Source: an uncultured Acidobacteriota bacterium (GTDB taxonomy: Bacteria; Acidobacteriota; UBA6911). From it: 64,000 nt of DNA. Below, one piece after another: positions 18,841 to 28,215 of this stretch. The stretch is from the NCBI GenBank assembly GCA_963809485.1, contig CAWEJX010000020.1, forward strand, positions 160,001-224,000. The letters are read 5' to 3'. The stretch's first letter is position 1; the number at the start of each line of letters is the position of its first letter. The position numbers were made by a program, and so were the translations under genes. Under the pieces are notes generated by a model that saw only the letters and a program-made list of their open reading frames with translations, made no database searches and had not been told where the DNA came from.

Positions 18841-20610
18841 ATGGCCATTATCCGTTTGGTGCTTCAGACTCCCGTCGCCCAGCCGCCCCCGGTTGAACCG
18901 GCGCAACAGTTACTCGCCTCGGCAAATCTAAGCCGCCCTTACTTTCCGGGCCGGCAGCTCCCTTTTGCGATACTGCTTCAAATCGTTGTTCTTCTCACGG
19001 TTATCCTGACCTCCATATTGGGCTACCCGATTGGGGAACCCCGCATTCCCGAATACCTCACAAAAATTGAGCGCAAGATGCCGAAGGTCGTTATTTATCT
19101 TCCGCTGGTCGGCGGCGGGAATTCGGGCATGTTCTTTCCGTTCGCGAAGCCTCCGGAACCGGAGAAAAGGTCGTCCGCCATACGCACCCCGAGAAGAAAG
19201 GGCCTTTCCTACCCCGGACCGCAGCCGATAGTCTCTGATGTTCCAAATCCGACCAATCCCATACAGACTATTCTTCAGCCGGAACTCGAAAAGCCGCCCT
19301 CCCTTCAACCATTGCTGCCGCTCCCTAATATTGTTCAGATGGCAGACAACCGTGCCGACAAGCATCTCAAATTCCCGGAACCGGCCATAAGGCCGCCGGA
19401 GCCGGTAAAGCCCGTCGAACCGAAGCTGCCGGAGCCGCCCAGTGAACAGCCGGATGTGAAAGCTTACGTGCCGACCCTGCCGCTTTTGAACGTGGACAAG
19501 GTGAAGATCGAGCAGCCAAAGCTGGTACTGCCCGAGTTGCAGCCGCCTCCCCCGGAACCTGAACCTCCACCCAAGCAGGAGGCAAAGGTTGCGGAAAATG
19601 CCCCTGCAGCGATCGAGAGTGCCAAAACCGAAGCGGCCTCCCAAGAAGACGAGGCAAAAGAGCCCCCACCTCCGGCTGCCGCCAAAGCTGCAGAAGAGCA
19701 CAGTCTGCTCGCGCTATCCCCTATGCCGGCGGACCAGCCGGCCAAAGTCCCTTACGGCGAGGCCCGAGGGCGCTTTGCCATTTCTCCGGAACCGAATCTC
19801 GCCACTTCGGAAACGGAACCGGGATCCAGGACCGGATCTACGAACCCGATTGAGGAAAAGGACAGTCAAAAGACAATACTCGGCAGCGAAGGAGCCAAGA
19901 CGGAAACAGCTGCGCAGGGCAATCCCGGTCCTGTCAAGGAATCGAAGCCGGGATCCCAGCCGGGAACGGGATCTGGAACGGGTTCCGGGCCAGGCTCCGG
20001 TGCGGGTTCCGGACCCGGCAAGGGGCCTTTCTCGGGAATCACGATCGTGGGCGGAATGCCTGACCCGGGAACTCCTGTAAAGCCATCGGTCGTAAAGCGG
20101 GCTCGAAGGCCTCTGCAAACATCCTATGGACTGACGATTGTTTCGACGGAAACCAGCGGAGGCGGCCTGCCTTACTTCGATGTTTTCTCACACGACCAGG
20201 TCTATACCGTTTATCTCGATATGCGGCGGACCGAACTCGAAATGACCCCCAAATGGATTCTCGAGTTCGCCGTGCTTTCGGGATCAGCCTATCAGGTGAA
20301 CCCGGCCAAGGTCCCAGGCCGGAGCCAGCAAGGGCTTGTGCTGCCGTTCCCTACCTTTAAAGATCAGCCTGCGCTGCCCGTCGATCTGATACGAAAGTAT
20401 TCGGGCAAAATGGTTATCGTTTACGGCGTCGTCAACACCCAGGGAAAAATGGAGCAGATAGCGGTAAAGCAGAGCCCGGACCCGCTTTTCAACGAGCCGG
20501 TCACAAGCGTGCTAAGCAAATGGACCTTCCGCCCGGCCCGCCTCAACGGCCAGATTGTTCCGGTAAAACTGCTGATGGGAATTCCCCTGTGGTCGCCTGA
20601 AAATCCCTAA
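18841..20610 (+). CDS. Pro-rich membrane-anchored protein with a TonB C-terminal-like domain
   Basis: N-terminal TM, long PEP and GSG linkers, C-terminal YGVVNTQGKMEQ...KWTFRPARLNGQIVPV. Confidence 0.7.
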   Translation: MAIIRLVLQTPVAQPPPVEPAQQLLASANLSRPYFPGRQLPFAILLQIVVLLTVILTSILGYPIGEPRIPEYLTKIERKMPKVVIYLPLVGGGNSGMFFPFAKPPEPEKRSSAIRTPRRKGLSYPGPQPIVSDVPNPTNPIQTILQPELEKPPSLQPLLPLPNIVQMADNRADKHLKFPEPAIRPPEPVKPVEPKLPEPPSEQPDVKAYVPTLPLLNVDKVKIEQPKLVLPELQPPPPEPEPPPKQEAKVAENAPAAIESAKTEAASQEDEAKEPPPPAAAKAAEEHSLLALSPMPADQPAKVPYGEARGRFAISPEPNLATSETEPGSRTGSTNPIEEKDSQKTILGSEGAKTETAAQGNPGPVKESKPGSQPGTGSGTGSGPGSGAGSGPGKGPFSGITIVGGMPDPGTPVKPSVVKRARRPLQTSYGLTIVSTETSGGGLPYFDVFSHDQVYTVYLDMRRTELEMTPKWILEFAVLSGSAYQVNPAKVPGRSQQGLVLPFPTFKDQPALPVDLIRKYSGKMVIVYGVVNTQGKMEQIAVKQSPDPLFNEPVTSVLSKWTFRPARLNGQIVPVKLLMGIPLWSPENP

Positions 20611-20868
20611 TCTCCGCCAGGGCGTCAGCCTGGTTACAAACCGTCCGGAGCCGTGGGCAAGATCATCGATCTTGCCCGCGGGATTTTGCGCGCCGACGCA
20701 GACATTAGCAAATATGCATCCGCGTTCGTCAGGGCCCTTCTCAGCGATCGTCCTCGTTTTCCGACTCTGAGGCTGCCATCTCATGCATTCTCGGATAAAG
20801 CTGCGGATTTGTGCTCGGGATGAAGTATCTGCAGGGGCGGCATGCCGGCTGCGCCGCGGGACTGGCGC

Positions 20869-21786
20869 TTATGGCTTATTTTTCTCCAGAAGATAAAATG
20901 AGCGCATATGGCCATCCTGCTCTGCGATCCAGAAATCGGCGGCCGCATAATTCTTTTTGAAATAGTGCCGGAATACCTGGCGCATCTTCCCCTGCCACTC
21001 GAGAGCAATCCCGAGGTCCCGGGTCCTGATCTCCGGGAGGTTGTACGGAATCTCGAACAGGAACTGGTCCGCGGTACAGCTGAGTTTCACCGGTGACGAG
21101 CTCATGATTCCCGGCGCTGCCTCTACCATGTGATTGATGACCTGGCGCTGCTTCAGCTCTTTGCGGAAATCATGCCGCGGCGGACCCGCTTCCAGCCTGC
21201 TGACGACCGGGCCGGCTTCCAGGTCCCAGTGCGTCAGAATGCGGTCCGTGGGCAGACCGCGGTCCAGGGTGCTCGTGGTTTCGCCGCAGAAGTTTTCTTC
21301 GTAGGCATTTGCCCTGGCGCCCAGCTTCCCCAGTGTGAAATAGGCATTCAGGGGCTGCATCGGGTCAAAAGACGACGTCACCCGAGCTATTTTGCGCTTC
21401 AGAAGCTCCTTCCGCTGGGCCATTTTGAGCTTGAATCCGACATCAAAATTCCTGTAGGCAACACGCACGGCCAGCATGAAAGAATGCTGGATGGGCTTTT
21501 TGTCGGAGGATCCAAGGATGCTCAGGACAAATCCGATCAGCTCCCCGAGGCTGTTGTAGGCACCCAGGACTATGCCGCCGGTGCGGTCTATGGCCAGCAG
21601 CAGGGGAACGGGGACGATGTCGATATCCTGGTAGTGCCACACTTCCCGCTGAATGTCTTCGCAGACTTTGTAGTCCGATAAATTGCGGAATGGACCGATG
21701 GTAATCTTAATTTCATCCTTCCGCTTTTTCCGTCGAACGGCCGGAGTCATCATGGCTTTCCTTTCTTGCATCTGTCGCTTAGTCAT
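20869..21786 (-). CDS. GNAT-family N-acyltransferase
   Basis: DIQREVW, GGIVLGAY, HSFMLAV...RNFDVGFKLK.AQR, FDPMQPLNAYF..KLGA, GLPTDR. Confidence 0.8.
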   Translation of the reverse strand: MTKRQMQERKAMMTPAVRRKKRKDEIKITIGPFRNLSDYKVCEDIQREVWHYQDIDIVPVPLLLAIDRTGGIVLGAYNSLGELIGFVLSILGSSDKKPIQHSFMLAVRVAYRNFDVGFKLKMAQRKELLKRKIARVTSSFDPMQPLNAYFTLGKLGARANAYEENFCGETTSTLDRGLPTDRILTHWDLEAGPVVSRLEAGPPRHDFRKELKQRQVINHMVEAAPGIMSSSPVKLSCTADQFLFEIPYNLPEIRTRDLGIALEWQGKMRQVFRHYFKKNYAAADFWIAEQDGHMRSFYLLEKNKP

Positions 21787-23020
21787 AAATCAGCGCTTTC
21801 CGGCGCTTCTCCAAAAACTTTCCCGTATTCGGTCGGTCGTGCCGGAGCACTTCGGCCGCCGATTGCCCCGCCTTCAGCATCGTCAGCGCCTGTGCGTTGC
21901 CCAGCAGGCCGTCGATACTGTCTATCTCGAATTGGTCCGCGTACATCCTGCGCAAAACCGCGATTAGCGTGAGACCCAGCTCCACAGAGTCCAGCTTTTC
22001 GATGTCGCTGATCAGCAGGCTCACGCCGCCGCATTTCAATCCCCGGTGTTTGCTGGAACCTGGGGTAAAATTTAGCGGTATAAACCGGACTCCGTCAATC
22101 TTTTCCGCTTGAAGCTCCGCCGCGAACCTTTGCGGATCGATCCATGGCGCTCCCACGATTTCGAAAGGCCGGTCCGTGCCGCGCCCCACTGATAGATTCG
22201 AGCCCTCGAGCAGACAAACGCCGGGATAAAGGACCGCCGCCGTCATGCTGCGCATGTTCGGGGAAGGATCAATCCAGAGCTGGCCCGTATCCCAAAAGCA
22301 GTAGGAGCGGCGCCAGCCTTTCATGGCGATGACCTGCAGCCTGGCGCCGATTTTGTTTTCCGTGTTGAAATAGCGCGCAAGCTCTCCGATGGTCATTCCG
22401 TGGCGCACGGGCAGAGGCATGTATCCGACAAAGGATGCCTTATCGGCGTCCAGCATCGGCCCTTCGACCCGTTGTCCGCCGAGCGGATTCGGGCGATCCA
22501 GAACATAAAACGGAATGCCGGCTTTTGCCGCTTCTTCCATGCAGTAGGCCATCGTGGTGGTATAGGTGTAAAAGCGCGCGCCGATATCCTGGATATCGAA
22601 AACCAAAGCATCGATATCACGAAGCATCCCGGCCGTCGGCCGTCTGGTGTCGCCGTACAGGCTGTAAACGGGAAGTCCGGTGACCTCGTCCACCGAGGCG
22701 CCGACTTTGCCGTCCATATTCCCGCGGATCCCGTGCTCGGGGCTGAAGAGAGCTGCAAGCCTGCATTTTTTTGAGCGGGACAGGAGATCGACGGTCGTTG
22801 TGCCGTCGGCGGATACTCCGGTATGGTTTGTAACAAGGCCGATACGCTTGCCGGCAAGAGGCTCGAAATCCTGAGCCCGCAGAACATCGATCCCATTGAG
22901 GACCGGAGGAGCCGCGTCCACACCCGACAATGGCGCAGCATTCTGAAACGCCAGGACCGCTGCCAGAAGGATCCAGCCGGCCCTGCAATTATTATGCGAT
23001 TGAACCGGAAATCTATTCAT
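21779..23020 (-). CDS. namZ: DUF1343 exo-beta-N-acetylmuramidase (NamZ family)
   Basis: GLVTNHTG, FSPEHG, FDIQDIGARFYTY, LDRPNP, RHGMTIGELA, PSPNM, GRGTDRPFE. Confidence 0.9.
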   Translation of the reverse strand: MNRFPVQSHNNCRAGWILLAAVLAFQNAAPLSGVDAAPPVLNGIDVLRAQDFEPLAGKRIGLVTNHTGVSADGTTTVDLLSRSKKCRLAALFSPEHGIRGNMDGKVGASVDEVTGLPVYSLYGDTRRPTAGMLRDIDALVFDIQDIGARFYTYTTTMAYCMEEAAKAGIPFYVLDRPNPLGGQRVEGPMLDADKASFVGYMPLPVRHGMTIGELARYFNTENKIGARLQVIAMKGWRRSYCFWDTGQLWIDPSPNMRSMTAAVLYPGVCLLEGSNLSVGRGTDRPFEIVGAPWIDPQRFAAELQAEKIDGVRFIPLNFTPGSSKHRGLKCGGVSLLISDIEKLDSVELGLTLIAVLRRMYADQFEIDSIDGLLGNAQALTMLKAGQSAAEVLRHDRPNTGKFLEKRRKALIYD

Positions 23021-23152
23021 ATGCGTTCAGTTCCTGGAACTGGCGGAGATTATACAGCAATTCCAGGGAATGATAGGAGCCCGGCGAGAAGCCGCTTTGA
23101 GATTCGCATTCTCCGGCTATGGACGCGGCCGGGGAGCCATTGGCGGCGGAAA

Positions 23153-24940
23153 TCACTCCAGCACCGATTTCCATCCGCGCCTGTTGAGATCCCAGTAGAT
23201 TATCCAGCCGGCAAGAAGCCCGAGGATAAGAAATCCGAAACCGGCCATCATTTGTCCGAAAATCAGTTTGCCCACTCCGAAGAGCGTCATGTACACAAGC
23301 ACGCATCCGCAAAACCAGTCCAGAAGATTGCCGCCCGTGTCGCGGGGCGGGGATATGTCCGTCGCCCTGCGCGCAATCGGCCCCCAGAGAGAGGCGCCGG
23401 GGCGCACGCGGCGGTAGAAGGACAGCAGCACATCCTCCCTTTCGGGAGAGGTTAAAAAAGTGGCTGCCAGCCAGGCCACTGTGGAGCAAAAAACGGTGAT
23501 CAGGACAATCCACGCAAATTGCAAAGGATCGTCGCTGCTCATATTAAAATAAACCTGCAGAATCATGGAAACCAGCAGCGAGGCCAGCATGGCGAACACT
23601 TCGCTCCAGGCATTGATGCGCCACCAGAACCAGCGAAGGATCAGGACACTGCCCGTCCCCGCGCCAATGGCAAGCAGAAGCTTCCAGGCATCCGCAATCG
23701 ACTCCTGATAATAGGTGACTCCGCAGGACGTCAGCATAATCAGGACCGTAGCCAGTTGCGAGACCACCACGTAGTGCTTCTCCCTGCGTCCGCGGACCAG
23801 GAAACGCCGGTAAAAGTCGTTGACCAGGTAAGAAGCGCCCCAGTTCAGCTGGGTGCCTATCGTGGACATGTACGCGGCCGCAAAAGCCGCGATCATTAGC
23901 CCGCGCAGCGCGGAAGGAAACACCTGGGGATCGATGATCACTTTGATAAAGCCCGCTTCCTTGTCGGCCAGCGAGGGATACAGGACCAGAGAGCAAAGCG
24001 CCGTAAGGATCCACGGCCACGGTCGAACCGCGTAGTGCGCGATATTGAACCAGAGTGTCGCCAGCAGCGAGTGCTTCTCATCTTTGGCACACAGGATGCG
24101 TTGCGCGATATATCCGCCCCCGCCGGGCTCTGCGCCGGGATACCACGTTGCCCACCAGTTGACCGCGAGGTAGACAAAAAACGTGATCATGGGCATCCAA
24201 ACCGAACCAATATCGGGGACAAACGAGAGGATGGAGCCGTGGCCGCCGCTGGCAGCAGCCTTGGCGGAGTCCAGATCGAGGAGCCTGCGCTTCAGCTCCC
24301 CCATGCCGCCGACCGCCTGCACCGCGAAGCAGGCCAGCACAATCATCATGCCCATTTTGAGCACAAACTGGAAAAGATCGGTTACCAGCACACCCCAGAG
24401 GCCCGACAGCGTCGAAACCAGGGCCGTCAGCAGCATGATGGCGAAAACAATAAGCAGCGCCTGGATTTTGGTGATTCCAAAAATCAGCATGAGAATTTTC
24501 ACCATGGCCAGGTTCACCCATCCCATGATGATGCAGTTGATGGGCAACCCGAGGTAAAGTGCGCGGAAACCGCGCAGAAACGCGGCCGGCTTGCCGCCGT
24601 AACGTATTTCGGCGAACTCCACATCCGTCAAAACGCCCGCGCGGCGCCACAGGCGGGCGTAGAAAAACACCGTCAGCATGCCGCTCATAAGCATGTTCCA
24701 CCAGAGCCAGTTGCCCGCGATGCCGTAGCTGGCCACCAGTCCCGTGACGGCGAGCGGCGTATCGGCGGCAAATGTCGTTGCGACCATGGAAGTGCCGGCC
24801 AGCCACCAGGTCACTTTGCGCCCGCCGACGAAATAGGCTTCGGTGGAGGCCGTGGCCCGTTTCCTGTAATAAAGCCCGATGAGTATGTTGAAAAGGAAGT
24901 ACGCAGCGACGGCCAGCCAGTCGACAAAAGTTAGTTGCAT
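23153..24940 (-). CDS. Sodium:solute symporter
   Basis: WWLAGTSMVATTFAADTPL, AAYMSTIGTQLNWGASY, RWFWWRINAWSE. Confidence 0.92.
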   Translation of the reverse strand: MQLTFVDWLAVAAYFLFNILIGLYYRKRATASTEAYFVGGRKVTWWLAGTSMVATTFAADTPLAVTGLVASYGIAGNWLWWNMLMSGMLTVFFYARLWRRAGVLTDVEFAEIRYGGKPAAFLRGFRALYLGLPINCIIMGWVNLAMVKILMLIFGITKIQALLIVFAIMLLTALVSTLSGLWGVLVTDLFQFVLKMGMMIVLACFAVQAVGGMGELKRRLLDLDSAKAAASGGHGSILSFVPDIGSVWMPMITFFVYLAVNWWATWYPGAEPGGGGYIAQRILCAKDEKHSLLATLWFNIAHYAVRPWPWILTALCSLVLYPSLADKEAGFIKVIIDPQVFPSALRGLMIAAFAAAYMSTIGTQLNWGASYLVNDFYRRFLVRGRREKHYVVVSQLATVLIMLTSCGVTYYQESIADAWKLLLAIGAGTGSVLILRWFWWRINAWSEVFAMLASLLVSMILQVYFNMSSDDPLQFAWIVLITVFCSTVAWLAATFLTSPEREDVLLSFYRRVRPGASLWGPIARRATDISPPRDTGGNLLDWFCGCVLVYMTLFGVGKLIFGQMMAGFGFLILGLLAGWIIYWDLNRRGWKSVLE

Positions 24941-25069
24941 CACGACCTCCACAAAAGCCGCGGACCGGCGGGAACGGACCCGATCACGATCCGTCAATAC
25001 TCAGCCGTCCGTCGCAAATCGTCAATCGCTAATTGCCGCGTGCTATAATTTTCCAAACGGAGCAAGTCT

Positions 25070-26047
25070 ATGAACCCCAAAAAGCTTCGAAGCCGCTGTA
25101 TAGGCACAATCGCGGGATTTGCGATCGGCGACTCTCTGGGCATGCCCGCGGAGTTTTTAAGCCGGGAGCAGATACGGCAGTACTACGGCAAACCGATTTC
25201 GGGATTCATGAAAGCTCATCCCGGCCATGCGAGTGATTTCCTCCCTCAAGGCTCCTATACGGATAACACTCAAACGATGCTTGCGACGGCGGAGTGCCTG
25301 ATCGAGGACGGCCGGATGGATCCGGCGCGGCATGCGGACGCCCTGCTTGCATGGTACCGGAATACGGTTCCCCACCGGACGCCCTCAGCCGCGAATCTGC
25401 AGGCCTGCAAGCACTTGTCAGCCGGACGGCCGTGGAACAAAAGCGGCGTATTCAGCAGTTGCTGCGGCGCTGCTGTCCGCATGCCGCCCATCGGCCTGTT
25501 TTATCACAGCCAGACCGAGGAGCTCACGCGAGCGGCGCTGGACAACTGCATCATTACTCACAATGAGCCGCGGGCGCGCGCGGCGGCGGTATGCGTCGCC
25601 TACCTGACAGCCAGGCTGCTTCAATCCGGCGAAAACTCCTGGCCGGGAGATCAAGTCCTGGAGACAGCCGATCACATCGCTTCCATGGACAAGGACCTGG
25701 CTGCCCTGCTGCGCTGGACGACGCAGATGGTCCATCTGCCCCCCGAGGAGGCTTTGTTCGAAATCGGGACCAGTTCGGATGCCATGGAGGCGGTGCCCGC
25801 CGCCATATATTGCTTTTTAAAAAATCCCACGAAGTTTTCCAGCGCAGTGCTCACCGCGGTGAATGCCGGTGAGGCCGCGGATGCCATCGGCGCTCTAACC
25901 GGAAGCTTCATCGGAGCCCTGGCCGGGGCGGAAGCCCTGGATCCGCGATGGCTTGCCGAAGTAGAAAATTCCGATGTGCTGATCGGGATTGGAGGGAACC
26001 TGGCCGAGTTGCTCTGCCGGAAGCATGCGAACGCAGCGTCAGACTGA
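25070..26047 (+). CDS. ADP-ribosylglycohydrolase family protein
   Basis: AIGDSLGMPAEF, YTDNT, GAAVRMPPIG, ITH, EAVPAAIYCF. Confidence 0.88.
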   Translation: MNPKKLRSRCIGTIAGFAIGDSLGMPAEFLSREQIRQYYGKPISGFMKAHPGHASDFLPQGSYTDNTQTMLATAECLIEDGRMDPARHADALLAWYRNTVPHRTPSAANLQACKHLSAGRPWNKSGVFSSCCGAAVRMPPIGLFYHSQTEELTRAALDNCIITHNEPRARAAAVCVAYLTARLLQSGENSWPGDQVLETADHIASMDKDLAALLRWTTQMVHLPPEEALFEIGTSSDAMEAVPAAIYCFLKNPTKFSSAVLTAVNAGEAADAIGALTGSFIGALAGAEALDPRWLAEVENSDVLIGIGGNLAELLCRKHANAASD

Positions 26048-26052
26048 CGGGA

Positions 26053-26670
26053 TCACGTGTTTTTGACAACGATCGATTCCAGGACGTTCGCCACGTCCTC
26101 AGCTTTATCGGTCGCGGCTTCCAGAGTTTCGATGATCTCCTTGCGCTTGATAACGTCTATAGGATCTTTGACCTCCTCGAAGAGAGCCGCAATCGCCGAC
26201 TGAAAGAGACGGTCCGCGTCATTTTCAAGCCTGTTGATTTCGATGCAACGCTCGACGACATGATCATTATCCTGGAGATTGGATACTGCCGCGCCAATCT
26301 CCATAGCCTGGCTCAGAAGGACGGCGGCCATCTCCGGCACAGCCCGGATAGGCTCAGTGATGCGGAACAGGACTATGCGGATCGCCGTACTGTCAATCAG
26401 GTCCAAAACGTCATCCAGGGCAGCGCACAGATCGTGAATGTCTTCGCGGTCGATGGGGGTGATAAAGGTTTTGTTCAGCTCGTCGATGACATTGTGAGTC
26501 AGTTCGTCGCCCTTGTGCTCGAGGTCTTTGATCCTGGCGGCAAGGGGAGCCAGGTCGTCAGCCGGATTTCTAAGCATTTTGCCCAAAATCTCGGCAGCTT
26601 CGAGAATATAAACGGTCATTTTCCCGAAAATTTTAAAGAACTTTTCGTCCTTTTTGAAGAGCTTGGCCAT
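26053..26670 (-). CDS. DUF47 / PhoU-like phosphate transport regulator
   Basis: LEHKGD, LNKTFITPIDREDI, LENDAD, LEAATDKAEDVANVLE. Confidence 0.92.
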   Translation of the reverse strand: MAKLFKKDEKFFKIFGKMTVYILEAAEILGKMLRNPADDLAPLAARIKDLEHKGDELTHNVIDELNKTFITPIDREDIHDLCAALDDVLDLIDSTAIRIVLFRITEPIRAVPEMAAVLLSQAMEIGAAVSNLQDNDHVVERCIEINRLENDADRLFQSAIAALFEEVKDPIDVIKRKEIIETLEAATDKAEDVANVLESIVVKNT

Positions 26671-26839
26671 TTTTCCTGTCCTAGCATCCAACCGGGCTGA
26701 AAATAATCGTTTATTCAGCTTCAGGGTGAGCCCGTTCTATGCCCCTTCGAATAAAAACGAGTCATTATATAAATTGGCAAAACCCGATTCAAGCTATTGC
26801 AGACCCGCCCTATTCTTTATAGGCACAAGGCGGCACGAG

Positions 26840-26932
26840 ATTTTCACAGATTATGTGGAAAAATGCGGAAACCCGGAGTTATCAACAGGTATAATTAGTT
26901 GATTCAAATATGCTTGTTACCACTTTGCATAA
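26840..26932. promoter_or_regulatory. Cluster of DnaA-box-like 9-mers with an IHF consensus site
   Basis: ATTTTCACA, TGTGGAAAA, TTATCAACA, TTTGCATAA; AATCAACTAATTA (minus strand, 26892-26904) fits WATCAANNNNTTR. Confidence 0.45.
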
Positions 26933-26993
26933 ACAATGTGCAGCGAGCTTTTTGTAACGGACACACGGGTGAAATGTGTGACCCAGGTCACAA

Positions 26994-27191
26994 TAATTAC
27001 ATTGGTAAATCCCCGGCTCTGCCGGGAGACTCAAAGAGTTTGACAGCTCCGTATTTTGAAACGCTGATAAAAGCGCTGACAAACGCCGATTTGTTCGGCG
27101 AGGGTCAGCGTTCAAGACCGGCGTAACTCCTCCAACCGCTTTGAGCGGTTCCAATCTTTCAAGCCTCCGGCTTTGCCGGAGGTACCTGACT
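26994..27191 (+). mobile_element. Non-autonomous element family A, complete minimal copy A3
   Basis: TAATTACATTGG..CCCGGCTCTGCCGGG..GTTTGACAGCTCC left end; AACCGCTTTGAGCGGTT and CCTCCGGCTTTGCCGGAGG..TGACT right end. Confidence 0.85.
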
Positions 27192-27251
27192 GATGCATCC
27201 TGCCGGACAAGTCCTGTTGCATCCCGGCAACAAGCGATCAGACAGCCGGAG

Positions 27252-27449
27252 CTAAACCCTGATCTCCTGGCCGGAGGTTGCGAATGCGCGGGATGTATTG
27301 ACAATAGCTCCCTCTTTATAAAGCCGCGTCTGGAACTGAAAACGGCGGTCTGAATCCCGCTTCGCAGATACGGCACGCGCCAGCAATTCCTTGAGATTCC
27401 GGCTTTCCAGGGTTTTTCCCTTTATGACGACATAGTAGATTTTATTCAT
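27252..27449 (-). CDS. Small basic hypothetical protein downstream of lexA
   Basis: GAGGG SD overlapping the lexA stop, ATG 8 nt after it; 65 aa. Confidence 0.65.
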   Translation of the reverse strand: MNKIYYVVIKGKTLESRNLKELLARAVSAKRDSDRRFQFQTRLYKEGAIVNTSRAFATSGQEIRV

Positions 27450-27457
27450 GGCACCCT

Positions 27458-28063
27458 CTATTGATATTTTCGCAGAACGCTCACAACCACTCCCTGGATT
27501 TTTACGCGCGCTGTATCCAGCACAATGGGAGCAAGAGTTTCATTCGCAGGCTGAAGCCTGACCTGGTTTCCCTCAGGGTAGAATTTCTTGAGCGTGACGT
27601 TTTCACCATCGATCAGAGCAACCACCATGTCACCGGGATCTGCCGACTCGCGGGACTCGACCACAACATAGTCGCCGTCCTGAATATGCTCGTCGATCAT
27701 GGATTCTCCCTGCACACGGAGCACGTAGGAGTGGCCCCGGCGCGGCAGGAAGCTTTCGGGTATCTGCAGGGTTTCAGGATTTGAAATGGCCTCAATGGGA
27801 CGTCCGGCCGCCACATATCCGAACAACGGAACGCTCTGAACCCCGGCGGCGCTATTCGAAGAAAGCTGGATTGAGCGTGCCCGGTTGGAATCCCGATGCA
27901 GATGCCCGCGGCTCTCCAGAGCCTCAAGGTGTTTGAACACCGCATTCAGAGAGGCAAAGTGAAAATTTTCAGCAATCTCCTCCATGCTCGGAGAATATCC
28001 GTTACGCTCAATGAATCCGGAGATAAAATCCAGAATTTCCTTCTGCCGTTTGGTTAGCTTCAT
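27458..28063 (-). CDS. lexA: SOS repressor LexA
   Basis: LTKRQKEIL, GYSPSMEEI wHTH, VAAG autocleavage site, GESM catalytic Ser, TLKK catalytic Lys, LQPAN. Confidence 0.97.
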   Translation of the reverse strand: MKLTKRQKEILDFISGFIERNGYSPSMEEIAENFHFASLNAVFKHLEALESRGHLHRDSNRARSIQLSSNSAAGVQSVPLFGYVAAGRPIEAISNPETLQIPESFLPRRGHSYVLRVQGESMIDEHIQDGDYVVVESRESADPGDMVVALIDGENVTLKKFYPEGNQVRLQPANETLAPIVLDTARVKIQGVVVSVLRKYQ

Positions 28064-28065
28064 GG

Positions 28066-28114
28066 TTTCACCTTTTATACACTCAATAATCAGTGATAAA
28101 AAGGTGAAAGTCAA
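28066..28114 (-). promoter_or_regulatory. lexA promoter with an inverted-repeat operator candidate
   Basis: TTGACT-N17-GATTAT; TTTCACCTTTT (28066-28076) and AAAAGGTGAAA (28099-28109) are perfect inverted arms. Confidence 0.65.
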
Positions 28115-28117
28115 GAA

Positions 28118-28178
28118 TAAAAAAAGGGCAGCCGCAATTTTTCACGATTATTCTGCTTTCGTGAAGAATGCGGCTGCC
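28118..28178 (-). terminator. Probable intrinsic terminator upstream of the lexA promoter
   Basis: GGCAGCCGCA...TGCGGCTGCC stem followed by a U-tract on the minus strand. Confidence 0.5.
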
Positions 28179-28215
28179 GTTGGCTTACCCGATTATGTTT
28201 CCGGGTCCGGCTCAT

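Noticed and set aside
19950-20025. GGxTCx/GGxCCx tandem repeats
   Set aside because: They simply encode the Gly-Ser-Pro linker of the TonB-like protein
27141-27353. Recurrent ORFs such as SGSNLSSLRLCRRYLT (27141-27353, 9970-10158, 37646-37909) and N-terminal extensions of purN, BON and rtcB
   Set aside because: Translations of family A/B element DNA; frames are not preserved among copies
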